From contig CAXXDV010000001.1 in the NCBI GenBank assembly GCA_963674745.2, positions 2,240,001 through 2,304,000 of the forward strand: a stretch of 64,000 bases of DNA, given 5' to 3'. The number at the start of each line of letters is the position of its first letter. Positions within the stretch are counted from its first letter, which is position 1. The notes under the pieces were generated by a model. That model saw only the letters and a list, made by a program, of their open reading frames with translations. It did not search any database and was not told the origin of the DNA. The translations under genes were made by a program, and so were the position numbers. Of the stretch, positions 31,124 to 40,508 are shown piece after piece. The stretch is from Desulfosudaceae bacterium (GTDB taxonomy: Bacteria; Desulfobacterota; Desulfobacteria; Desulfobacterales; Desulfosudaceae).

Positions 31124-33126
31124 GCGCGCCAAGCGAAGCTTGGTGCGTCTTGCGGGGTGCAAGTCCCCGTCGGGTGAGGCCTAACCAGCCACCCGTATCG
31201 AGTGTTGCGTGATTGGGAAGGATAGGCATACCGTCGAACGACCCACACGAAGCGTACACAGAGAATCGTACAGGCCGTAGGGGAGTCCGTGCTCCCTGAA
31301 GTGCTGGTATCGCTTCGAAAGGAAGCTTGGTTCCGGTCGCCGAGAGTTGTAACGTACTCGAAGGCAACACAAAAGCATCCGTTATGGTGAGGGTGTGGAG
31401 GGCCGGCGGAGTTATCAAGCCGTGGCATGTACGAAGAGACGCACACAAGAACTTGGGAGGCCCATCCGACTCCTGCGCGGCAATATGGTCCGGCTGACAC
31501 TTAGACACGAAAGGGAAACCCGGATACAGATATCAGCCGAGCCTAAGTAGCCGCAGGGCAGGAAGGGGAACCAAAGCGAAAGTGGAGGAACCCTGGTTGG
31601 GTGGGAGTCGTATCGAGCATAGTACTCTGAGCGTGGGAAAGCCACGTACATGGGGAAGGACTTGACGGAAGTACGTAGCCCGCAAAGGAAACACATGCCG
31701 GACACAGCAGGATCGGATAAACGTGTGCAAACCTCACTGCGGGGGATAGCCAAAACGGCTCGGTTCAACACGCAGCATCGCTTTCGGGATCTTTATGGTC
31801 TGCTTAATACGGAACTGCTTCATCTGGCGTGGAAGGGCTTGAATAAAAGTTCGGCCATAGCCGATGACGACATCACCGTCAAGACATACAGTCAGGACCT
31901 GATCGCCAACCTGGAAGGGCTGGCGGAACAGCTCCGGCAGAAGAGATACCGGGCGAGATTGGTCAAAAGACGTTTTATTCCAAAGCGTAACGGTAAGAAA
32001 CGGCCCCTGGGCATCCCCGCCTTGGAGGACAAACTTGTCCAGAAGGCGGTGGCCATGATCCTGACGGAGATATACGAACCGGATTTTCTGGATTGTTCGT
32101 ACGGATACCGACCGGATAAAGGGGCCAAGGACGCGATCGGCGACCTGACGTTTCAGTTTCAGTTCGGCGTATTCGGCTATGTTGTGGAAGCGGATATCAA
32201 AAGTTATTTTGATACCATTAACCATGATAAGCTGATGGCCATACTGGAGAAACGGATCAATGATCGGGCGTTCTTGCGGTTGATCAGAAAATGGCTGAAA
32301 GCGGGCATCCTGCATCCGGACGGACAGGTCGAGCATCCGGTTACCGGGACGCCCCAGGGAGGACTCGTATCTCCCGTCCTGTCGAACATTTATCTGCATG
32401 AGGTGCTGGATAAATGGTTCCAGGAGGTAGTCAAACCGAGGCTGGCAGGCCGTGCCATCATGTGCAGATATGCGGATGACTGGGTATGCGCCTTTCAATA
32501 TCGGGAAGATGCGGACCGGTTCTATGATGTTCTTTCGAAACGCCTCGGCTGCTATGGTCTTGAGGTGGAGCCGAGCAAGACAAAGGTCATCCGGTTCAGC
32601 CGATTCCAACCCGGCCGGGAGCGTGACAGGACGTTCACGTTTCTGGGGTTCGAATTTTACTGGTCAAAAGACCGCAAAGGTGTTGCCCGGGCACAGCGTC
32701 GCACGGCTCCGGCCAAGCAACGTGAAGCCTTGGCGCGTATGAGAGATTGGTTGAAGAAGTCCCGGCATCTGCCGAAAAGACAAATCTTTGATGGGCTGAA
32801 ACGTAAGCTGACCGGCCATTACAATTATTTTTATGTACGGGGGAATGCCCGTGCGGTATGGTCGTTTTACAGAGATGTGATCAGCTCGGCATTTAAATGG
32901 CTGAATCGCAGAAGCCAGCGTAAAAGCTATAATTGGGAACGATTTAAGCAGGTCTTAGAATACGTAAAAATACCGAAACCGAAGCTGACGGAAAAGAAAC
33001 GTTTTCGCACGTGCGCGTTGAGCTAAGCCGACACGGAAGCGAGTATAACCGAGGAACCGGATGCGGGAAAACCGCACGTCCGGGACTGTGTGGGGGGTGC
33101 CGGGTAACCGGCATTCCTACCACGAC
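31124..33126 (+). mobile_element. Group II intron inserted in attC8 R' on the top strand
   Basis: 5' GCGCG; domain V/VI-like CCGGATGCGGGAAAACCGCACGTCCGG...CCTACCACGAC. Removal restores GTTA^TACGC, complementary to the cassette end GCGTATAAC (33589-33597). Confidence 0.93.
31650..33026 (+). CDS. ltrA: Group II intron reverse transcriptase/maturase, no endonuclease domain
   Basis: RPLGIP, SYGYRP, ADIKSYFD, GTPQGG, RYADD, FLGF, domain X; ends without HNH; true start uncertain. Confidence 0.95.
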   Translation: MGKDLTEVRSPQRKHMPDTAGSDKRVQTSLRGIAKTARFNTQHRFRDLYGLLNTELLHLAWKGLNKSSAIADDDITVKTYSQDLIANLEGLAEQLRQKRYRARLVKRRFIPKRNGKKRPLGIPALEDKLVQKAVAMILTEIYEPDFLDCSYGYRPDKGAKDAIGDLTFQFQFGVFGYVVEADIKSYFDTINHDKLMAILEKRINDRAFLRLIRKWLKAGILHPDGQVEHPVTGTPQGGLVSPVLSNIYLHEVLDKWFQEVVKPRLAGRAIMCRYADDWVCAFQYREDADRFYDVLSKRLGCYGLEVEPSKTKVIRFSRFQPGRERDRTFTFLGFEFYWSKDRKGVARAQRRTAPAKQREALARMRDWLKKSRHLPKRQIFDGLKRKLTGHYNYFYVRGNARAVWSFYRDVISSAFKWLNRRSQRKSYNWERFKQVLEYVKIPKPKLTEKKRFRTCALS

Positions 33127-33141
33127 TACGCAAAGGATATT

Positions 33142-33588
33142 ATGGACGAGAAAGAATTTTGGAATATCTTGGGAATGCTCAACTGGGATAAAACGGGTGA
33201 TGATGAAGCAGTCGTTGAGCCAGTTGTAAGCTATCTATCCAACCAATCGGACGAAGATATATTCCAATTTGAAGAGTTGCTCGCTCAAAAGCTATATGCG
33301 CTTGATACAAAAGCACATGCTAAAGAAATTGGTGAGGACGCATACATAAATGATGATCAATATTTTTCAGTTGATTGTTTTTTATATGCACGGTGTGTAG
33401 TCGTCGCAAACGGTAAGGAATTGTTCGAAGATGCTCTAAACAATCCATCAGAATTTCCTAAAGATATGGAGTTCGAAGCTATATTGTACGTTGCTCAAGA
33501 TGCTTATGAACGAAAAAATGGGAAAAAATGGAATTATGTATCCCCCACCAGTTATGAAACATTTAAAAATGTTGGTGGTTGGGAATAA
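33142..33588 (+). CDS. Cassette 9: DUF4240-like protein
   Basis: MDEKEFWNIL, FSVDCFLYARC..VANGK, FEAILYVA. Confidence 0.75.
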   Translation: MDEKEFWNILGMLNWDKTGDDEAVVEPVVSYLSNQSDEDIFQFEELLAQKLYALDTKAHAKEIGEDAYINDDQYFSVDCFLYARCVVVANGKELFEDALNNPSEFPKDMEFEAILYVAQDAYERKNGKKWNYVSPTSYETFKNVGGWE

Positions 33589-33590
33589 GC

Positions 33591-33714
33591 GTATAACAAC
33601 GCCACTCACACTGACTCGCAGGGGCGGGCTGTTTTTGTATTTGCGTAGTTTGGTGTTAAACTCACTTTAGCGAAGTCCGCAACCCCTGCTCGCCGGTGGT
33701 GGCGGACGTTATGC
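33591..33714 (+). repeat. attC9 (family C)
   Basis: GTATAAC...GTTATGC. Confidence 0.9.
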
Positions 33715-33724
33715 GTCATAAGAA

Positions 33725-34315
33725 ATGATCATAATCAATAAAACCACTTTAAGTTTAATTCTCTGCCTGCTCTTATTATTGATTGGCTTTGGTTGCCTAC
33801 CCAAAGCATCGTATCATATGGAAGGTTATGAAGTTAAACCTGACAGATCAGAACATGGAACAGTTGAATTATATTGCAGAATTGTCTGTACACATTCCGG
33901 ATCATCAAGTTTAGTTGCAGGACACAGTGTATATGGAGCGCCTTATAAGTTAGAAGTTGAAGCGAGGACTTACGATAATAGATGGGAAGATTTGACAATC
34001 CGAAAAATTAATATTGCGCTTAAAGACAAAACTATCAAAATATTGGAGGGGTCTTTGAGCGACCAAGTTTTCCAATTTAATCGAAGCCCTTCAAGGCATG
34101 ATCCGCACGAAAATGAACACAAAGAAATTGTATATGAAACGGAAGCCCAATTTCCAATTGAGTTGACGTGGAATAAAGATAAAACTGCAGAAATCACGGT
34201 TCTGTTTAGCCTGACCAGTAAAGGTGAAACATTAAATGGCGTTCATCACTGCAAAGTAGATGCATATGAAATAAATCGTGAATCATCAATGTGGGATGCT
34301 ATGATGGGAATATAA
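33725..34315 (+). CDS. Cassette 10: putative lipoprotein
   Basis: Hydrophobic leader ending GFGC. Confidence 0.75.
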   Translation: MIIINKTTLSLILCLLLLLIGFGCLPKASYHMEGYEVKPDRSEHGTVELYCRIVCTHSGSSSLVAGHSVYGAPYKLEVEARTYDNRWEDLTIRKINIALKDKTIKILEGSLSDQVFQFNRSPSRHDPHENEHKEIVYETEAQFPIELTWNKDKTAEITVLFSLTSKGETLNGVHHCKVDAYEINRESSMWDAMMGI

Positions 34316-34329
34316 CCCAATAGTAAAAC

Positions 34330-34455
34330 GCATAACAAGCCAGCCCAGCAGGATCGCCAGGGCAGGCTTTGTTGGGTAACCGGGGGAAGTGAAAATCTTT
34401 AAACTATAAGTCAGTCGGTGGAAGCCCTGGCGCCCTCTGGCTGAAGACGTTATAA
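34330..34455 (+). repeat. attC10 (family A)
   Basis: GCATAAC...GTTATAA. Confidence 0.9.
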
Positions 34456-34460
34456 ACATT

Positions 34461-34961
34461 ATGCAAAATGTCTTTGTAATAACTGTAGTTGCTTTTTTTC
34501 TCGATGTAATTCTTTCTGCCACTTGGAATTCAACATATTTCCTGTTTGGAGTGCTTGCTTATAAAAAATCATATCGTATTAAAGGCAAGACCCTTGATGA
34601 TCTACCTAACAATATAAGAAAGGATGGTGATCATATCACTTGGGCAAGGTATAAGATTAAGCAAGTAGATAACAGGACATTTCTTTTAAGAAAAAATTTA
34701 TGGTATTTCGGTTTCAGCTTTTCAATGCCAATCATTCGATGGAGAATCAAAGTTCATGACAATGGACAATATTTTAGCTTAACGGCTTTGTATCAATTCT
34801 ACCCAATAGTCCTTCTCTTAGGAATAGGAACAATGTCAGTTCCAGCATTTATCACCATTGTATCCATATTTGTGGCCTTCTTCATATTGAGAACCAAGCT
34901 TGGAGTTGAACCTTTTCATAATGCAGAAGTTGAAAAAATTTGTGGTTTTATAAGAAATTAA
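34461..34961 (+). CDS. Cassette 11: membrane hypothetical protein
   Basis: N- and C-terminal TM segments. Confidence 0.75.
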   Translation: MQNVFVITVVAFFLDVILSATWNSTYFLFGVLAYKKSYRIKGKTLDDLPNNIRKDGDHITWARYKIKQVDNRTFLLRKNLWYFGFSFSMPIIRWRIKVHDNGQYFSLTALYQFYPIVLLLGIGTMSVPAFITIVSIFVAFFILRTKLGVEPFHNAEVEKICGFIRN

Positions 34962-34969
34962 AAAATAGT

Positions 34970-35091
34970 TTATAACAATTCAGCCCAGTAGGATCGCCAG
35001 GGCAGGCTTTGTTGGGCAACTGAGGGAAGTGAGCAGTAATCATCTATAATTAAGTCGGTGGGAACCCTGGCTCCCTCTGGCTGAAGACGTT
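34970..35091 (+). repeat. attC11 (family A), R' interrupted by a MITE
   Basis: TTATAAC...GGCTGAAGACGTT then MITE. Confidence 0.88.
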
Positions 35092-35307
35092 GAGGCTGTA
35101 GAAAAAGTAAAATTTGAGTAAAACATAGGGTTTTGCCGCCAATTTTTGAAAACCTGAAAGTTATATAAGATTTTGTATGATCTCTGTGAAGCCATCTAAA
35201 ATAGATGGTTTGCAAGGATTTTATGTTTTAGTATAAAATATATTCTACGAAGGTGTTTTTCTGAAAAAAGATAAAATTTATCGAAAATAGACTTTTCCTA
35301 CAGACTC
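35092..35307. mobile_element. 216-bp MITE with 17-bp TIRs and GTT target duplication
   Basis: GAGGCTGTAGAAAAAGT / ACTTTTCCTACAGACTC (15/17 match); GTT at 35089-91 and 35308-10. Confidence 0.85.
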
Positions 35308-35344
35308 GTTATGTGCCGGATTAAAATGTGTTGAGACCTTCTAA

Positions 35345-35524
35345 ATGATATTTCGTGTATTAAAATACATTGCTTCTGAAATGCTTGAGTGGATTATATG
35401 CATAGCTCTTATTGTCACTCTAATGCTAGCTTTCCGTTATTCATATTTTTGGATTTTATTTTCTGTTTTGCTGGTAGGAGTTGTATATTACATTTTGCGA
35501 AAAAAACCCGACGTCAAAATATAG
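35345..35524 (+). CDS. Cassette 12: 59-aa two-TM small protein (below the ORF-track cutoff)
   Basis: MIFRVLKYIASEMLEWIICIAL...RKKPDVKI; cassette ends GTTATGTGC / GCACATAAC. Confidence 0.55.
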   Translation: MIFRVLKYIASEMLEWIICIALIVTLMLAFRYSYFWILFSVLLVGVVYYILRKKPDVKI

Positions 35525-35602
35525 ATATAGGGAATAAAAATAATCAGAACATAAGAAAGTTTGAAAAATAAAAAATTATAATTTACCAAAATAAAAACAA
35601 GC

Positions 35603-35726
35603 ACATAACAACACCATGCACTTGACTCGCAGGGGCGGGCTGTTTTTCAAACGTCGCGGTTCGGTGTTAACGTGGCTTTGCAATAGTCACTTTTCCCCTG
35701 CTCCCAAGTGACGGTGGACGTTATCT
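35603..35726 (+). repeat. attC12 (family C)
   Basis: ACATAAC...GTTATCT. Confidence 0.9.
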
Positions 35727-35744
35727 TTTAGAAGCATCGAAAAT

Positions 35745-36389
35745 ATGAAGATAAAATTTGTCGGTATAGTTTTAATTGTAATTGGGTTCACAATCCCATT
35801 TGTCTTAAAGGAAATTGTACCGACCTTCATGTATGCCGCGATATTATCGCAAATTTGTTTTTGGTTCGGCCTCTATACAATCCTTACCCCTATTCATCCT
35901 AATAGCATTTACACACCATATCTTCGGTGGGCGCGATATGGTGTTTTATTGAATTTTGGGCTGAGTTTTTTTGCAATAGCATTTGGTTATATGTTTTTAT
36001 ACTTTGGTCTTGATAAAATATTTGGTGTCTTTTTAATACGTTTGCTCTTTTTCTTAACAAACCCCATTCAATCCACTTTTGATTTTTTCGCTCCCAATCC
36101 TATGGTGCTACAGCCTGACGAATCTTTCATTGGAACAATAAGCTTTATTAGGGCGTTGCTAATTGAGTTCTTCAATATATTATTCTTTTGTTGCGTGGGT
36201 GTTTTAGCCAAAATAATTAAAGAAAAGATAACAAGGCCGCGCAATGGATCGCCAGGGCACCCGGCTTTTGAACATTCGGGGGTAAACGAATATAAACCAT
36301 CTTTAAGGCAAGTCAGTGGAAGCCCTGGCTCCCATTGGCGGCCGCCGTTCGGCAAGCCTATAAATATTGTACAAGTGTCAAAGGTATAA
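35745..36389 (+). CDS. Cassette 13: polytopic membrane protein, reads through the whole of attC13
   Basis: No stop before R'' AGATAAC. Confidence 0.75.
   Translation: MKIKFVGIVLIVIGFTIPFVLKEIVPTFMYAAILSQICFWFGLYTILTPIHPNSIYTPYLRWARYGVLLNFGLSFFAIAFGYMFLYFGLDKIFGVFLIRLLFFLTNPIQSTFDFFAPNPMVLQPDESFIGTISFIRALLIEFFNILFFCCVGVLAKIIKEKITRPRNGSPGHPAFEHSGVNEYKPSLRQVSGSPGSHWRPPFGKPINIVQVSKV
36226..36353 (+). repeat. attC13 (family A)
   Basis: AGATAAC...GTTCGGC. Confidence 0.9.
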
Positions 36390-36413
36390 TTAATTTTAAT
36401 CAATAATTCCACT

Positions 36414-37007
36414 ATGAAAGTGAAACGATATTGTATAGTATTATTTAGATTTGCACTCCTTAATTTATTTGGATTAGTCTTAATCTTTTATGTGCCACTT
36501 GAGCTTTGGTACTTATCGTGGCCAAAAGTAAAAGCGGAGATTATTAAATCTGTGCATGAGTATGATTGCTACCCGCCGAACTCACCTAAATGTACTCCAA
36601 AAGCAACAATAGTATACAAATATGATATTATTGGGAAAAGTTACACATGTAATAATTATTCTCTCCATGGAGTATATAAGCCTTCGTCAATAATCCATTC
36701 GTTCAAAACACAACAGATTCTAGTAGAGCGATTATTAAATAATTACCCGGTCAATAGCAGCATTACAGTCTATTACAACAAAAACAAACCCCATCAGGCC
36801 GCAATCAACCCAAATATGTCAATGGGTGAGTGGCTGTATATTATAGTATGGACATTTATTGGTGGAATAGTTGTTCGCTCATGGACTATGAAAAATAAAG
36901 AACATCTTTCTCTGACTTATGATTTTAAACTGTTTATTACCTGTGTTATTTTACTTTTATTAGGTTCGATTATCGGAAATGCAATCATTGTGCTCCTAAC
37001 GAAATAA
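36414..37007 (+). CDS. Cassette 14: DUF3592-like membrane protein
   Basis: WPKVKAEI..YKY..GKSY..ITVYYN..P. Confidence 0.7.
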   Translation: MKVKRYCIVLFRFALLNLFGLVLIFYVPLELWYLSWPKVKAEIIKSVHEYDCYPPNSPKCTPKATIVYKYDIIGKSYTCNNYSLHGVYKPSSIIHSFKTQQILVERLLNNYPVNSSITVYYNKNKPHQAAINPNMSMGEWLYIIVWTFIGGIVVRSWTMKNKEHLSLTYDFKLFITCVILLLLGSIIGNAIIVLLTK

Positions 37008-37013
37008 AAAGAT

Positions 37014-37137
37014 GCCGAACCACACGTTGGTAACGACCGCAAGGGGCGGTCGATTTTGGCACTTACCAAATAATTTAAAAAACGTGTCTTCGGCGGCGGA
37101 CCGTTCCCCTTGCGGCCCCACACCGTGGACGTTCGGC
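37014..37137 (+). repeat. attC14 (family B)
   Basis: GCCGAAC...CCGCAAGGGG...CCCCTTGCGG...GTTCGGC. Confidence 0.9.
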
Positions 37138-37148
37138 CGACACATAAT

Positions 37149-37532
37149 ATGCAACCATTTACATCACAAGGTAGAAAATTACGATTGGCGCTAATGCCAA
37201 TTTCATATTTTATTGCCTTCGCGACAATATATATTATGTTGATCTGCCTTGCTAAAATTGAAAACTCAAGTATCAAAGGTCTTCTTCAAACAGATAATTT
37301 ATGGCCGCTCGCGATTATCCTCCCGTGTTTTATCTTTGGGAAAATTCTGGGGCTTATGGCTATAAATGGCATTGCATATTTAATTCCCCATTTGCGTAAT
37401 GTTTTTGAGAATGAAGTAGCTGAAACAGGTCGTAATAATTTTTTCCAGGCAATGAAGGGACTTAGTATCGCTCTTGCCATATCGTTAATCATTACTGTGT
37501 TAGGAGCTATTTTATTCCTCCAATATAAATAA
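37149..37532 (+). CDS. Cassette 15: membrane hypothetical protein
   Basis: About three TM segments. Confidence 0.75.
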   Translation: MQPFTSQGRKLRLALMPISYFIAFATIYIMLICLAKIENSSIKGLLQTDNLWPLAIILPCFIFGKILGLMAINGIAYLIPHLRNVFENEVAETGRNNFFQAMKGLSIALAISLIITVLGAILFLQYK

Positions 37533-37537
37533 TTATG

Positions 37538-37666
37538 GCCGAACAAGGCAGCTCAAGAGGATCGCCAGGGCATTCGGCTTTTGAACATTCGGGGGGAAAT
37601 AAACATTAACCGTCTTTAAGGCAAGTCTGTGGGAGCCCTGGCGCCCTTTGGCTGCCGCCGTTATGT
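37538..37666 (+). repeat. attC15 (family A)
   Basis: GCCGAAC...GTTATGT. Confidence 0.9.
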
Positions 37667-37676
37667 TTCAAAAGGC

Positions 37677-38189
37677 ATGAGAAAAAATAATTTCCAGGCT
37701 CTATTATTCTTTGTTGGCATGATTTTCATGTTTTTGCTTTGTTCATGCCAGTTTTCTGAAAACAGGCATCTCAAACGAGAGGTAAAAAGAAATGAATTGA
37801 TTGGTACATGGATAGCAACGCCATTTGCGATAAAATGTTTACAATGGTCAGGTTTTAAGAATCACCTTGCTACAAACGATCATCAGTTGGTTTTAAATGA
37901 GAATGGATCATGCAGATACAAATCATTTCAAAATTTTTTTATTATCTCAGGTTCAACTCCCAAATATCTTGATGTCGATGATTGTAAGTGGGAACTTATC
38001 AGCAAAACCGAACACCAACAACAGTATATAACTATCACCCTATCATCGTCACCTGAGGGAAGCGGAGGCCCTTATTTTTATTTCGACGAAAAAGACAAAA
38101 AATTGATCCTGTGGCAATATTGTAGTGATCCAGATCAGTGGAAATATATGGAATTTTTTAAGGTAGATTCAAAAAACAAAAAAACATAA
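37677..38189 (+). CDS. Cassette 16: putative lipoprotein
   Basis: Leader ending LCSC. Confidence 0.75.
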   Translation: MRKNNFQALLFFVGMIFMFLLCSCQFSENRHLKREVKRNELIGTWIATPFAIKCLQWSGFKNHLATNDHQLVLNENGSCRYKSFQNFFIISGSTPKYLDVDDCKWELISKTEHQQQYITITLSSSPEGSGGPYFYFDEKDKKLILWQYCSDPDQWKYMEFFKVDSKNKKT

Positions 38190-38311
38190 CCATGCCGCCC
38201 AAAGGATCGCCAGGGCAGTCGGATTTTGAACAGTCGGGGGGAGACGAACATTAACCATCTTTAAGGCAAGTCAGTGGAAGCCCTGGCTCCCATTGGCGGC
38301 CGCCGTTAAGT
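38184..38311 (+). repeat. attC16 (family A)
   Basis: ACATAAC...GTTAAGT. Confidence 0.9.
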
Positions 38312-38324
38312 GCATATAAAACAT

Positions 38325-38936
38325 ATGTCAAAATGGTATATTTTGCCCGGAATGGGCGCAACTTCAGCGATGTATGATTCGCTTAAGCCCGAAATTGATT
38401 TTGAGGTCAACTTTTTAGATTGGCCTGAATATAAGGGTGAAACAACCTACATGGAGGTTGCAGCACGGATTATAACTGAAAACGATATATCAGACGGAGA
38501 TATTGTTGGAGGATCATCCCTGGGGGGAATGGTCGCTCTCGAAATTGCACAGATATTGCGGCCAAGAACAACTGTGCTTCTTGGGAGTGCTATAAATAAG
38601 CGAGAAGTTCAGAGTGTCCTTTCTATCTTGTCCCCTTTGGCAGCTGTAACCCCAATATCATTGATTCAATTTTTGGTGGGGAAACACAAAAGTTTAATAG
38701 CGAAAATGTTTTCCAATTGCGATTCTGGATTTATTCGGGCCATGTGCTTGCATTTACGTTCATGGCCAGGCTATTCCGGCCCGAATGAGAACATAATTCG
38801 GCTTCATGGCCGGAAAGACCATGTAATTCCGTGTCCAGCAACTGGCGCAGAGATTATTGATGGTGCTGGCCATTTATTGGCAATGACACATCCTAAAGAA
38901 ACTGGGCAGTTTTTAAAAAATGTACACAGCACTTAA
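38325..38936 (+). CDS. Cassette 17: alpha/beta hydrolase
   Basis: LPGMG, GSSLGG, HGRKD, AGH. Confidence 0.85.
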   Translation: MSKWYILPGMGATSAMYDSLKPEIDFEVNFLDWPEYKGETTYMEVAARIITENDISDGDIVGGSSLGGMVALEIAQILRPRTTVLLGSAINKREVQSVLSILSPLAAVTPISLIQFLVGKHKSLIAKMFSNCDSGFIRAMCLHLRSWPGYSGPNENIIRLHGRKDHVIPCPATGAEIIDGAGHLLAMTHPKETGQFLKNVHST

Positions 38937-39059
38937 CCATTCAGCGCAATAGGATCGCCAGGGCACCCGGGTTTTGAACAGCCATGCTGAGTTGAAATTT
39001 TAACCATCTTTAAGTCAGTCGGAGGAAGCCCTGGCGCCCTTTGGCTGAAGACGTTCGGC
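38931..39059 (+). repeat. attC17 (family A)
   Basis: ACTTAAC-CATTCAGCGC...GTTCGGC. Confidence 0.9.
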
Positions 39060-39079
39060 TTCTGATTGGAAATATCAAA

Positions 39080-39562
39080 ATGAAAAAGATATTTTTTTTA
39101 ATCATTCTCATTTTAGTGCTTAGTGATGCAAATGCGACTGAGATCGTTGACGTAAATACAAGTATCCTTGGAAAGGACGTAAACACCCCTCTTGAATTAT
39201 TCTCGGTGGGAGAAAATAATAAAAGTACCCTTCTTTATCCCACCAACATTCAATTAGATATTGAGAACAATTTATGCAAAGCTGTATCCATGCTTTTCCC
39301 AGACAATAAAATCAAACTTGATGAAATGAGAAAGATCATAAATACAAAGTATCCCGATACCGAATATATTGTAGGAGATAAATTTTGGGCTTGGCGGGTT
39401 GAAAATGGACATTTTACAATAACAATGTTCCCCCAAGAAGATTGTATCGAGGATTATAATTACATTAGAGTTGTTTACTTGATGTGGGTTAATGAAGATA
39501 TTGATGTTATAGTAGAAAGAGGCGAAAAAATTCTAAATTATCTACAGAAAAATATAGAGTAA
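39080..39562 (+). CDS. Cassette 18: exported hypothetical protein
   Basis: MKKIFFLII...ANA signal peptide. Confidence 0.78.
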   Translation: MKKIFFLIILILVLSDANATEIVDVNTSILGKDVNTPLELFSVGENNKSTLLYPTNIQLDIENNLCKAVSMLFPDNKIKLDEMRKIINTKYPDTEYIVGDKFWAWRVENGHFTITMFPQEDCIEDYNYIRVVYLMWVNEDIDVIVERGEKILNYLQKNIE

Positions 39563-39690
39563 GCCGAACCAAGCAGCGCAAGAGGATCGCCAGGGCATTC
39601 GGCTTTTGAACACTCAGGGGAAACTGAACATAAACCATCTATAAGACAGTCAGAGGATGCCCTGGCGCCCTTTGGCTGCAGACGTTCTGT
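39563..39690 (+). repeat. attC18 (family A)
   Basis: GCCGAAC...GTTCTGT. Confidence 0.9.
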
Positions 39691-39718
39691 GCAAAAAAAT
39701 TATCGGGGATAATTAACT

Positions 39719-40312
39719 GTGAATGAGAGTATTTGTTGGTATGAGATAAAACGAAAGACTATATTCTCGTATTTAATCCCGATACTTTTGACTGTATTCT
39801 GGCTAGGTTTTATAACGTTACTAAGCCAGTGCTCGGAAAAAGAAAAAAAATATGACAAGGAATTATGGCAACCCTGGCTTGAGATTAAGAATGAAAAAAT
39901 ACAATTTATCGAATTACACCCTATTCTCACAACTGGATACTACACCATCTCAAATGTGGCTAGGATTGAAGATAAACAATTGATTTCAAAAATTAAAGAG
40001 AATTTAAACAGAAGACTTATGACAAATGAAGATAAGATCGGTTACCATTGGTTCTCAAGTAAACGTCTTCGAATAACAGCTTATACAGAAAAGAAAGAAT
40101 TTTCATTTATCTTATTTTTTCATGGGGAATTTCCAAGTGTTCAATATCAAATGTTGGTGCCCACAAACGAAAAGCATAGCGCATTCAGGCCGCAGCAGTG
40201 CCCCGGTTTCTACGCTAGCGGTGAAGGATGGAGAAGTGCTAAATTGTATAATGTAATAAATGAATTTATCAGTCACTCAAAAAAGGTTCATTGGAACAAA
40301 TATGCTATTTAA
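39719..40312 (+). CDS. Cassette 19: membrane-anchored hypothetical protein
   Basis: GTG start, N-terminal TM. Confidence 0.7.
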   Translation: MNESICWYEIKRKTIFSYLIPILLTVFWLGFITLLSQCSEKEKKYDKELWQPWLEIKNEKIQFIELHPILTTGYYTISNVARIEDKQLISKIKENLNRRLMTNEDKIGYHWFSSKRLRITAYTEKKEFSFILFFHGEFPSVQYQMLVPTNEKHSAFRPQQCPGFYASGEGWRSAKLYNVINEFISHSKKVHWNKYAI

Positions 40313-40373
40313 CTTAAACAATGTTCAATGAAACGCAAATAGATAGTGAAAATAATTCATTGAAGATAAAAGC

Positions 40374-40502
40374 ACAGAACAAGGCATCGCAAGAGGATCG
40401 CCAGGGCATTCGGGTTTTTGAACGGCTTGGGGAAATTGAACATTAACTTTCTTTAAGACAGTCAGAGGAAGCCTTGGCGCCCTTTGGCTGCCGCCGTTAT
40501 GT
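40374..40502 (+). repeat. attC19 (family A)
   Basis: ACAGAAC...GTTATGT. Confidence 0.9.
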
Positions 40503-40508
40503 CGAAAT

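Noticed and set aside
31650..33026. RT as a retron, DGR or defence-associated RT
   Set aside because: It is flanked by group II intron domains V/VI and EBS motifs, has a maturase domain, and has a precise reconstitutable insertion site.
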